From a virus (lineage: Duplodnaviria; Caudoviricetes), in IMG/VR virus record IMGVR_UViG_3300032212_000007, positions 1 through 57,715 of that record: DNA of 57,715 nucleotides; one strand, written 5' to 3'. The notes under the pieces were generated by a model. That model was not told the DNA's origin, made no database searches, and saw nothing but the letters and a program-made list of their open reading frames with translations. This document shows positions 27,714 through 36,917 of the stretch, one piece after another. Numbering within the stretch: the first letter of the stretch is position 1; every line of letters begins with the position of its first letter. The position numbers and the translations under genes are program-made.

Positions 27714-28911
27714 TTCTTCTCTCTCTTAAGAATCTTCCGAAAGCTGTTTCTTCCTGTTCACGTCGTGCAGTGACGGATGGAACCTTAAATCTACCTAACT
27801 TCTGCCCGGTAACGGGAGCACCTACGGTATCTCCTGAAGTACTAATAGGTGAAGGTCCTTGTTCTTGTACAACACTAACAGGCTTACGTGACACAAAGGC
27901 TTCCATTTCGTCAAAGGCTGTTTGCTTTGACCTCTCAGCTAACTCTGCCATACGTGGTGCGGTAGCTGCTAAAGCCTCATCTACATTAATGAAGTTAAAT
28001 TTCTGTGTATTACCAAATGAATCTGTTGCTGTAATAAATCCTATAGGAGGCTCTAATTCGCCACTAGGAAAATATTGTTGTGACATTCTTCCAGCAGCTA
28101 TACGAGCTGTATTAGCATCTTGTACACGTTGTCTGGTCAAATCACCATATGCACTTAAGTATTCTGATAAAGCAGCTTGTCCTTCCTGTTCATCTGGATG
28201 TATGGCTTTAACCAATCCCATTAAAATGTTGGTTCCTCTATCTCCAGCCTGTACACCAACTCTAAACTGTGTGTTTTCTAAATTTACACCTGATTCATTG
28301 ATTGCATTTATACGATTTGTAAATTCAGGTAATATTTTTGATTCAGTTAGTCCACGATGTTCTTGAGCTATTCTTAAATTCTTGTCATCACCTAGTAAAG
28401 GTGTTTCTCCTGATAAATCCACACCTTGTGAAAACTCTCTAGCTCCTTGTGATCTGTTTAACATCGCTAAACCTGTAAAGACAGCTACAGGTAATGCAGC
28501 AGCTTGTAAAGCTTGTCCAACTCCTAGAATAGGTGCTGGTAGATTTGCTGCTAATCCTGATGTAACAGGTTGTGAAAACCCTGTAGCTAAGTCCCCTCCT
28601 GCACCTGAGAAAGGAACACCAGTAGCTTCTGCGAAGCCTCCAGCAGGAATGCCTGTACCGCCAATTACAGTTTCAGTTCCTGTAATAGCCGAACTTACTA
28701 CATCCTTTGCTATACCTGCTCCTTGCTTTATACCTTCTTTAGTTCCTTTACTAATAAGTGTTTCACCTATAGTAGGGGCCTCAGGTATTGGTCTTTGTCC
28801 TTGGGTTGTAGTTTGGAATCCCGGTCCTAATCCGAAACTATCAATAGCTAAAGGGTTTATAAAGCCTAGGCCATATGTACTACTATTGAATTCGGGAACT
28901 ATTACTGCCAT
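27703..28911 (-). CDS. Hypothetical virion-associated protein
   Basis: 402-aa Gly/Ala/Thr-rich ORF between portal and scaffold. Confidence 0.55.
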   Translation of the reverse strand: MAVIVPEFNSSTYGLGFINPLAIDSFGLGPGFQTTTQGQRPIPEAPTIGETLISKGTKEGIKQGAGIAKDVVSSAITGTETVIGGTGIPAGGFAEATGVPFSGAGGDLATGFSQPVTSGLAANLPAPILGVGQALQAAALPVAVFTGLAMLNRSQGAREFSQGVDLSGETPLLGDDKNLRIAQEHRGLTESKILPEFTNRINAINESGVNLENTQFRVGVQAGDRGTNILMGLVKAIHPDEQEGQAALSEYLSAYGDLTRQRVQDANTARIAAGRMSQQYFPSGELEPPIGFITATDSFGNTQKFNFINVDEALAATAPRMAELAERSKQTAFDEMEAFVSRKPVSVVQEQGPSPISTSGDTVGAPVTGQKLGRFKVPSVTARREQEETAFGRFLRERRNDR

Positions 28912-28915
28912 ATGT

Positions 28916-29131
28916 TTAATTCTCTAAAACGTTTTTAGTTAGTGCTGGGAGTTCTAATATCTCAGCCAGTGAAATTACTTTCCCCTGATTGCGGAATATT
29001 TCCTGTTCCGATGTTTCCACCGCCAACGCCTGATAGGTCTGCTGGATTAGCTCCTGAAGGTACTCCTCCATTTCCTTCCAACTGTCCTGCCGGAGGAGTT
29101 CCCGGAGGCGTTGTGCCTGCTGCTTGTCCAT
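28916..29131 (-). CDS. Small protein overprinted on the portal 3' end
   Basis: Amphipathic 71 aa with IFRNQGK motif; its stop fills the gap to the next gene. Confidence 0.6.
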   Translation of the reverse strand: MDKQQAQRLRELLRQDSWKEMEEYLQELIQQTYQALAVETSEQEIFRNQGKVISLAEILELPALTKNVLEN

Positions 29132-31079
29132 TACCTTGTGCTCCTTGTGTTAATTGCATGAGTAAAGCCATTTCTTTAGCTTTAGCTGGGTCATTAATTA
29201 CTTTGTCCGGATCTAAATCCATTGTCTTCGATATTTCTCTTGCTAAATACTCCCAATCTACTTGTGGAGCCATAGCAGGATTTGTGCCTAATAATTGTGC
29301 GAATGTCATAAGTCTTTGAGACTTAACTTCTCTCTGAAGTAATGAAGATGTTCCACGTGGTTTGATAGATATGTCTCCACGTATAGTAGGATTATCTTTA
29401 TTAAATTGCATATTCCATTGGAATAAAGCGTTACCAAACGGCTCTAAAATATCTCTATCTATATTCTTCACAACAGTTTTAATGTTTTGAGCGGTAGCTC
29501 CTAAGAGCATAGATGTTTGTGAAGCAGTTCTAATGCTTGAAGGTAAATTACCAGACCCAGTATAAAATCTGGGGATACCGGTCGCATCATCACTAAACTG
29601 CATTGCCTTATCCACTGCTGTAAAATGATTAAATGATGTGTCATTAAATGTAATCCCCCTTATAGCCTGTCCTTGACCACCTTTTGTGAATATATGTTTA
29701 CCGGGATATAATGCTAGATCCTGTCCCGGAACTAATCTGTTTTTATCAACTTCAAGAATTACACTTCCTGCCAGATTTAAGTTATCTATAGCTGCCCTCC
29801 AATGGGCATTCACAAGCTGTTGTGTATCTCTATTATTATGTGGAATTCCTTTGCCCCATATCTGATAATGTTGATCTTCATAAGCTGCAATGTTATATGG
29901 TATCCTCATTGGTATAAAAGGATTTACAACAGCTTTTAATAGCCTGCCTTCACATATGAATGCATTGATCTGATATTCATCAGTCTCTTTGAATTTTAAA
30001 CCTAATTGTTTAGCTAATTTACTATCAATATAACCCCAATATTCAAGCACCTCATACCTGTTATATAAATCAGATCTGTTACTGTCGGTTAAATTCTCCT
30101 CCCAGTGTTTCGGGACGTAACTCGGATCAAGAGCTACTAGCTCTTCTATTTTATCTTTCTTGAAACTCTTATTCTTTAATAAAGAACGTAATTTAGGTTT
30201 ATTCATTAAATGACGTTCAACGATACCTTTGCCCTCAGAAACCCTAGCAACACTATGGTCCGGATAGATATTCCAGATAGTAGGAGCGGAAACATCAGGT
30301 ATATTTATTGAATCCGGCTTGTATACTAACTCACCTTTGTCATTCTCTATCCACTTGTCACGCTTTTTAATTGTTGTGAAAGGCCCCTTCAAACATCCGC
30401 TACCTAAATGTGCTAATTCCCAACATGTCTTTGTTATTTTAGACTCAGCATCCATCTCAATGAATTGATCTTGGAATTGCTTGTTTAACTGTTCCGCAGA
30501 ACGTTTGGCAGGATGTATCTCTAATTCAGTAGGATCTGATGCCTGTCCTTTTTTAACTATAGCACCTGCGGATAGAAGTTTATTAAACTGCTTTTTAAGA
30601 CCTCCTAACATATTGCTAGTAGTGCCGGGAGGTATTTCCATGCCATCGCCGGGGAATCCTAATAGATCAGCAGGCTCCTCTTCGCTGTTTTCAGTACCTA
30701 AGCTGATGGTTACTGTATCTTCTATACCCTCGGGAATAGGTGTGGCATCTGCTGATATTGGGAACTTACCGTCCGCCGTTAGTATCTCTAATATATTACC
30801 ATATGCCGCTAAAGCCTTAACTGTCGAAGTCTTAATAAATACGGATGAAGCTAATGGATTTCGTTCTCTTAATTGGCTTATAATAGCTAATTGATCAGGG
30901 CTATATGTTCCTTTAACATCTTGTAAAGCACGTAACCACTCATCCTCATGGGGTCTTCTAGCATCTTCAGACTCCCTCATAAAGGACTCTATAACGCCTA
31001 CTAAAACCCTTTCCGCATCAGCTTTCTCTTTTAATTGAGCTTCTAAATCTTCGTTAATAAGTTCCATTCTATGCTCCAA
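28962..31079 (-). CDS. Portal protein
   Basis: 705 aa after TerL; GSGCLKGP, VLEYWG, IWGKGI, AAIDN...GS, RTASQTSML. Confidence 0.9.
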   Translation of the reverse strand: MEHRMELINEDLEAQLKEKADAERVLVGVIESFMRESEDARRPHEDEWLRALQDVKGTYSPDQLAIISQLRERNPLASSVFIKTSTVKALAAYGNILEILTADGKFPISADATPIPEGIEDTVTISLGTENSEEEPADLLGFPGDGMEIPPGTTSNMLGGLKKQFNKLLSAGAIVKKGQASDPTELEIHPAKRSAEQLNKQFQDQFIEMDAESKITKTCWELAHLGSGCLKGPFTTIKKRDKWIENDKGELVYKPDSINIPDVSAPTIWNIYPDHSVARVSEGKGIVERHLMNKPKLRSLLKNKSFKKDKIEELVALDPSYVPKHWEENLTDSNRSDLYNRYEVLEYWGYIDSKLAKQLGLKFKETDEYQINAFICEGRLLKAVVNPFIPMRIPYNIAAYEDQHYQIWGKGIPHNNRDTQQLVNAHWRAAIDNLNLAGSVILEVDKNRLVPGQDLALYPGKHIFTKGGQGQAIRGITFNDTSFNHFTAVDKAMQFSDDATGIPRFYTGSGNLPSSIRTASQTSMLLGATAQNIKTVVKNIDRDILEPFGNALFQWNMQFNKDNPTIRGDISIKPRGTSSLLQREVKSQRLMTFAQLLGTNPAMAPQVDWEYLAREISKTMDLDPDKVINDPAKAKEMALLMQLTQGAQGNGQAAGTTPPGTPPAGQLEGNGGVPSGANPADLSGVGGGNIGTGNIPQSGESNFTG

Positions 31080-33606
31080 ATGTACTATCCACTATCAGCG
31101 GAGTGGCTTGTTGGTATTGCCCGTGTAAGTACCCATCTCTGTAAGTTGGCATTTCTACCATCGTGTCTGGCATTGCCTGTAATCCATAACGTAACGCATC
31201 TATGGCATGGTCTGGTAAAGATGTTTTACGGGAAGTGTCTATATCCTCAGGGTTATTCTCACTTACCATGACTGTACTTAATTCTTGTATAATCTCTTTA
31301 CAGGTATCAAATATTTGTAACTTGGGTTTTAAGATGCCTAGAGAGTTTAACTGTGGTGCTAAATATTGATGTATGAGTTGTTTACTGGCTATACGTGATC
31401 CCTTACTACGATCTGCAGGAATCCATGTAAGCCCCTGTTCAGCCATTGTATCAATAATTGACTGTCCTATGCCTCCTCTATCAGAATCAATAGAACCATC
31501 TATATATCCTTCTTGAATAAAATCACCTTTCTCTAATTCCAATACTGTGACAGCAAACTCATCGGCTAATACTCTTTGTGTAGTTAGCTCACGATAAATA
31601 TATACGTTATCATCCCAGTCTGCAGCAAACCATAACACGGCTGCCATTGTGGAATACCCCCAGTCACATGCTCTCCATTTATACCAGTTAGGAGGTATTT
31701 TAAAGGGGCTAATAACATGGACAGGCTTTTTAAATTCCGGGAAAGCCAATCCGACAACTGCGTCCCATGATCCGTGTAATTCAGCATCACGTAATGCTTC
31801 ATCGGGGATAGCATATAAAGATGCAATATAATTAGGGTTAGATTTTAATAGGACTTTATTATCACTCCAGTGACCAAAGAACCATTTCCTAGTTAAAGTT
31901 AAGTCCCCTACTTCAGTTTCGTAGGTATTAACCAGCCTCTCCTCTTGATTCCCTATTTGAGTTGTATGATCAAACTCTATCTCCCAGCGATCTTTAACCC
32001 ATGACTTACCGGGGCCCCAAGGGTTACAGGTATTTCCTGAAATCCAGATAAATCCTTTCTGTCGAAGAAAGAATGTTTCATTATCCTGTACTCCAATACA
32101 ATATACATTACCTGTATATTTTTCATGGAAAAGATATTTATTATCCGGCTTAGTTGGGACCTGAATTGTCTTAGTAGTTAAAGTACCTGTTACACAGTAA
32201 CTATTACCGCCATAAGGATATATTCTCGTTGAGTAGCCTAGCTTTACCAGTATCTCTGCTATATCATCAATTAAATCTTTATCAACAGTAGTATATTTAA
32301 CTAACTCTATATCAGGACTATAGCGATGTGGGCCTATAACATAATGTAGTAATTCCTGATATTGTTCTAATGTAGCATATAACATGAAGTCACGTGGTAT
32401 GCGTTTATTACCTGCAATAATGAACTGTTTAAAGTAATCTATCATATCATCACGATAAATACTATAATCATCATGTCCACTGAATAATTTGTTCTGAGGT
32501 TTTAACCAATTACCAAAATATTCTATAAAAGATGATGGGGAAGCAAAGATATCCGGATAATCAAAACTCTGTATTGTTAGTGGATTATAAGAGTAATGGC
32601 ATCTCGCTATTTGTGTAGTCTTCCTTGTAATCTCGTTAAACGGTATTATCGTATCTTGATGAGTGATAGTATTACGTTCTACAACTCTATGATCTTTAGT
32701 GAATGACAAATACTTAGTACCATCTTTATATCTTACTAACTCTTCATCTTCAACAGGATATATAGCTGCCATTGTAACTGGCTTTAAACTCATTTTACCA
32801 CGTTCGTCAGTACTGTAAACTAAATCGCCCTTTCTTACATCCTGTATTGGCATCCAGCCTTTAGCTGTTAATACCTCTCCCTCATCTACACAACACCTTA
32901 ATGCGATTGGTAGGGTTGGGTCGGGAGATCTCATTGAGGCCTTTAAACGGTCTATAATCCATGAACCCCCATATTGAGCTATCTCATCAATGCCTACCCA
33001 TGTATATTCCTGTCCACGATAACGTTCTATATCATCTTGCTTATCACAATAACCAAGTTCTAATGTAGCTCCTGAAGGGAAAACAAACATACCAGCTTGT
33101 TGTTTCCATTTTGTACCGGGGTAGGCACTCTTATAAAGAAGCTCACAACGCTTTTGAAGCTCTCGTAAATCAGGCATTGATTTCCTGATTAACAAACCTC
33201 TAAAGTTCTTATTGGTGAAGTACGGCAAAGGGTCGGCTATTAGTGCGCTACTTTTAGCGGCTCCTCTTGTGCCTGAATATAATACCTCATCTTCTGTACT
33301 ACTTAAGAATCTAGCCTGTTTACCGGGATTAGCCGCTAATGCCTCTAAGTTCTCATCAATAGTGAGGTCAGGGTCATAATCAGGTAAGAACCCAATCTCT
33401 CTTGTATCTACAACTTTATCAGGTAAGATGTTATTCTCTAAGTCATCACGAACCTTTAACGCACTTTCAACAGCTTTATCAGCTTCTTCCTTCTCTATAA
33501 TCTGCTTAGTCGCAGTTTCTTTAGCATTTTTTAAAGGAGCTTTAATGTTCTTAATGCGTTTACCAGATGTCTTTCTCTTTCTTGCTGGTAGATTTTGTTT
33601 AACCAT
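31069..33606 (-). CDS. terL: Terminase large subunit, intein-containing
   Basis: LYSGTRGAAKS (Walker A), IGIDE-like VGIDE (Walker B), TCNPWGPG, ACDWG, PDHAIDALRY. Confidence 0.93.
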   Translation of the reverse strand: MVKQNLPARKRKTSGKRIKNIKAPLKNAKETATKQIIEKEEADKAVESALKVRDDLENNILPDKVVDTREIGFLPDYDPDLTIDENLEALAANPGKQARFLSSTEDEVLYSGTRGAAKSSALIADPLPYFTNKNFRGLLIRKSMPDLRELQKRCELLYKSAYPGTKWKQQAGMFVFPSGATLELGYCDKQDDIERYRGQEYTWVGIDEIAQYGGSWIIDRLKASMRSPDPTLPIALRCCVDEGEVLTAKGWMPIQDVRKGDLVYSTDERGKMSLKPVTMAAIYPVEDEELVRYKDGTKYLSFTKDHRVVERNTITHQDTIIPFNEITRKTTQIARCHYSYNPLTIQSFDYPDIFASPSSFIEYFGNWLKPQNKLFSGHDDYSIYRDDMIDYFKQFIIAGNKRIPRDFMLYATLEQYQELLHYVIGPHRYSPDIELVKYTTVDKDLIDDIAEILVKLGYSTRIYPYGGNSYCVTGTLTTKTIQVPTKPDNKYLFHEKYTGNVYCIGVQDNETFFLRQKGFIWISGNTCNPWGPGKSWVKDRWEIEFDHTTQIGNQEERLVNTYETEVGDLTLTRKWFFGHWSDNKVLLKSNPNYIASLYAIPDEALRDAELHGSWDAVVGLAFPEFKKPVHVISPFKIPPNWYKWRACDWGYSTMAAVLWFAADWDDNVYIYRELTTQRVLADEFAVTVLELEKGDFIQEGYIDGSIDSDRGGIGQSIIDTMAEQGLTWIPADRSKGSRIASKQLIHQYLAPQLNSLGILKPKLQIFDTCKEIIQELSTVMVSENNPEDIDTSRKTSLPDHAIDALRYGLQAMPDTMVEMPTYRDGYLHGQYQQATPLIVDSTFGA
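32032..32892 (-). mobile_element. Intein in TerL (about 287 aa)
   Basis: Starts CVDEGEVLT; block B FTKDHRV; block F VYCIGV; ends ISGN followed by T; removal restores ALRC|TCNP. Confidence 0.88.
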
Positions 33607-33980
33607 TAATATATATCTGCTTTTAATAGAGCCATACGATCTTCAAGTGGAAGATAGGCTTCTGGGAAAGGTTTACGTGTTTCTACTACCTTTTGTAGTC
33701 CCCACGGTGAGATAGATTGGTTACCATGATAAGTTAAGTAATTAGCCATCTCAACCCATGTTAACTCATTCATACGATCTATCACAATTTTTAAGGACTT
33801 AAACCGTGAGTCTACTGGCATTAATATAGAGGAGTCCTCTGCATCAACGTCGTAGCCCCACGGTACTGTATATGCTGTATTTAAAACTGGTAACGCTAGT
33901 CGAAAGCGTAAGTTCCTCTGCAAGGATTTATGGTCCCTGAAAATAACTGTAGCATCGTATATGTTACCTTTAACTGTCAT
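33606..33980 (-). CDS. Hypothetical protein (possible DNA-binding)
   Basis: VPWGY...MANYLT...ISPWGLQKVV; coupled to terL. Confidence 0.5.
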   Translation of the reverse strand: MTVKGNIYDATVIFRDHKSLQRNLRFRLALPVLNTAYTVPWGYDVDAEDSSILMPVDSRFKSLKIVIDRMNELTWVEMANYLTYHGNQSISPWGLQKVVETRKPFPEAYLPLEDRMALLKADIY

Positions 33981-34372
33981 TAAATAGTGATTTCCAATGT
34001 TACGAATACGCTAACCGCATTAGTAGATCCACCATCAGTTTCAATCTCTACTGAACTTCCTGCGACTACAGTTCTAGCTGCTGTTGGTGTGGCAGTATCT
34101 ACAATACCCGCTGCAGAACCTGAGTTAGCTATAGTTATAGCACCACCTGTAACAGCAGTACCACCTATCTTAGCGGTTAGAGCTGCGTCCCCGGTTGTGA
34201 TAACTCCGTTTAATACCGTGGTAATGCCTGTTAAAGTACCTCCGAAAGGGGTTGCAATGTATATTTGCCCCGCTGTTGATACGTCTGTAATTGTACCAGT
34301 TAAATATACCTTTGTCAACCCTTCGGTATATTTATCACTTAAATATTTATCTGTAACCTTTTTACCAGTCAT
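33980..34372 (-). CDS. Small beta-rich virion protein
   Basis: Thr/Gly/Ala-rich; N-terminus shared with the tailspike. Confidence 0.55.
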   Translation of the reverse strand: MTGKKVTDKYLSDKYTEGLTKVYLTGTITDVSTAGQIYIATPFGGTLTGITTVLNGVITTGDAALTAKIGGTAVTGGAITIANSGSAAGIVDTATPTAARTVVAGSSVEIETDGGSTNAVSVFVTLEITI

Positions 34373-34381
34373 GTTTGTCTC

Positions 34382-34765
34382 CTAGTCAATGTTCTTTGCA
34401 GGAACAACAATCACGGTGGCCGGAGCATCCTGCTTTACTTCAACCTGTGTCTTTTTAGTAACTCCAGCACGGTCAAGAATACTGTCAGCAGCCTTTAAAC
34501 GTGTGTTTGCACCTAATATCTCTGTTCCCCTCATTACTCCAACTACTGTACCGGCTGCTTCTAATCCATGTTGTATTAAGAAGTCTTCAGCTCTGGTAGC
34601 TAGTTCTTTACGTACTTTATCAGTCATAATCTGGCTAAACGGAGTTTTAGGAGAATACCCAGCTACATCCATGCTTGGACGGCTTTTATTAAATGTTTCT
34701 GGGTTTTCATAATCTGTAAACGCAGCTATGAATGCTGCTTCTTTATCTGTCAATTTTTGTGACAT
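34382..34765 (-). CDS. terS: Terminase small subunit (probable)
   Basis: LTDKEAAFI...AGYS, RLKAADSILDRAG, VIVVPAK; near terL. Confidence 0.7.
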   Translation of the reverse strand: MSQKLTDKEAAFIAAFTDYENPETFNKSRPSMDVAGYSPKTPFSQIMTDKVRKELATRAEDFLIQHGLEAAGTVVGVMRGTEILGANTRLKAADSILDRAGVTKKTQVEVKQDAPATVIVVPAKNID

Positions 34766-34773
34766 ATTTACTC

Positions 34774-36858
34774 CTACGCTGCTAAATTCGCCATTGCTTT
34801 AAATACTGGTGCTGAGTAAGCTACTGCTGCTGTGCTGACAGTTGCATCACATACAGTGTCCACAACAACCGTTGTTCCTGTAACGCTGACAACCTTTTTA
34901 ACTCCTGTTACTCCCGCTATAGTAATATATACATTAGGTACTAGACCCAGTTCCGTAGATACCGTGATAGTTGCGGATGATGCCGTAGTATCGGCAGTTG
35001 TTGCTACTATCGTTCCATAAGTACCACTTTGAACACATGCCGTTCCTATTGATGAAGATGCGGTAGGTGTATCGTCAAACACTATATCACCTCTATACCA
35101 TGTCCTTTGGTACGAAGTTGTAGGTACGCTATTCGCACGATATATACTAAATTTCTCCCCATTCGCTGTGTCATCCCAGTCAAGTACTCTACCAGACCAT
35201 CTATTATCAGTTCCTGATGTCTCACCAATAGCATTAAGTGTGGTGTATGTACCATATATTGTGTTTCCTTTTACTGTAGTAGTAGGCCCAACCCTATTAT
35301 CAGTACTATGGAGGAAAAAAGAATAATGACAACTACTCTGTAGCTGATATATAACTCCTGCACAATCTTTAATGAGATTATTAGTAATCGTGGTGTAGAT
35401 TGTTTTGCGTATAAAGAAAACAGTCGATGCTGCGTTAATTATTGTATTACCATCTATTAAACATGATGTTAAGAAACCGTCGCCAACTTGTATTGCTGTA
35501 TCTGTATTTTCTATAACATTACCTTGTATTATATTAGCTTTATCATCATCTATAAATGATGTTCTGGATACTTGTACCCCATCTGTGACATTTCTAACCA
35601 GATTATCTTTAACTTTGAACCCTGTGACATTATCAGATACAAAAACGCCATATATTAATTTATCTGCTCCTGTTCCGTAACGTTCTTCACTCTGAATAAT
35701 ACGATTATCACTTACTGTTGTTGATTCTGTTCTAATAGATATGCCTGACATACTGCCATTAGTTACATTCCCTGTATCTATTACGTCATTACCTCTAATA
35801 ACATGCCCCACATCGGTTGTAATTACAGACGTATATGTTAATGTATTTAATGCCACTCTTGTGATAATTCCACCATATGGCGTGCCTGACTCTGCTGTAA
35901 CTCCATTTAATGCAGTACGCACTAGAGAATTATTAGTAACCATAACACCTAAAGTCCCACGGACATATATACCAGTTTCCCATGTATCGGATATCTTGTT
36001 GCCAGTTATTAACATTCTTCTCTGGAAAGTACTTCTGTCACCGGGGTCTGTTAATGTTCCTGTATATGCCTGTATACCAGCCTTAGGACCCTCTACAACA
36101 TTGTTACTAACAATTATTGGAGTTTCTCCCCAAGTCTGACTAATTGATATTCCTTGATCTAGCCCCGCAACAGAAACAAAGTTATTACTTATTATACCAT
36201 TATATGAAGAAGGAGTAACCACCCCCTGTAGCTGATCACTTGTAATACCTGCCGTTCCTGATAAATTAGTAGGGAAAGTTATAGTACCAGCATCAAGGCT
36301 TGCTATAGTTTTTCCAATATCAGCTATTATATTATTATCTAAAATTTTAAAGTCATTAGAATTATCATAAAAAACACCAATACTAAACTTATTCATTTTA
36401 CAATCTTTTATAGACCATCTTGAACAACCTGTAACCGATACACATGAATTTTGGTATATTATGGCTGAAGTAGGGAATGCTTTATCATCTGGGTCTTGAT
36501 TCCTGAAAGATAAGCCATCTATTGACCAATCATCTACACCGTTTGCATAAACTAAAGGATGATGATTAGCTCCAGCATCCGCTGATTTTAACCGCCCTTG
36601 TCCTGTCCAAATTACATTAGCTTTCTTTGTTATATAGCCATCTATCTCATATACACCCAAAGGGAAATATAGTGACACTGGTGACCCCTCAGTGACCGCC
36701 CTTGCTGCTGCTGCGTCTTCCGCTGCCTGTATATATGTTGTGTTGTTAGCTGCTGTTTCTAATGTGCTGGCACCATAGTCTAATATACTAAATGAAATAC
36801 GATCACCTAACGTGTATTTATCTCTCATATACCGACTTGTTACTTTTCTTCCTGTCAT
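34774..36858 (-). CDS. Tailspike with right-handed beta-helix (pectate lyase-like depolymerase)
   Basis: SILDYGA...IQAA...LYFPLGVY; repeated I.GN.I / V.NN beta-helix turns. Confidence 0.8.
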   Translation of the reverse strand: MTGRKVTSRYMRDKYTLGDRISFSILDYGASTLETAANNTTYIQAAEDAAAARAVTEGSPVSLYFPLGVYEIDGYITKKANVIWTGQGRLKSADAGANHHPLVYANGVDDWSIDGLSFRNQDPDDKAFPTSAIIYQNSCVSVTGCSRWSIKDCKMNKFSIGVFYDNSNDFKILDNNIIADIGKTIASLDAGTITFPTNLSGTAGITSDQLQGVVTPSSYNGIISNNFVSVAGLDQGISISQTWGETPIIVSNNVVEGPKAGIQAYTGTLTDPGDRSTFQRRMLITGNKISDTWETGIYVRGTLGVMVTNNSLVRTALNGVTAESGTPYGGIITRVALNTLTYTSVITTDVGHVIRGNDVIDTGNVTNGSMSGISIRTESTTVSDNRIIQSEERYGTGADKLIYGVFVSDNVTGFKVKDNLVRNVTDGVQVSRTSFIDDDKANIIQGNVIENTDTAIQVGDGFLTSCLIDGNTIINAASTVFFIRKTIYTTITNNLIKDCAGVIYQLQSSCHYSFFLHSTDNRVGPTTTVKGNTIYGTYTTLNAIGETSGTDNRWSGRVLDWDDTANGEKFSIYRANSVPTTSYQRTWYRGDIVFDDTPTASSSIGTACVQSGTYGTIVATTADTTASSATITVSTELGLVPNVYITIAGVTGVKKVVSVTGTTVVVDTVCDATVSTAAVAYSAPVFKAMANLAA

Positions 36859-36917
36859 GATCTAACTTGTTGCCTCATTCTGAATACTTTTCTTTATAGC
36901 TGATTTTAAGTTATGCA

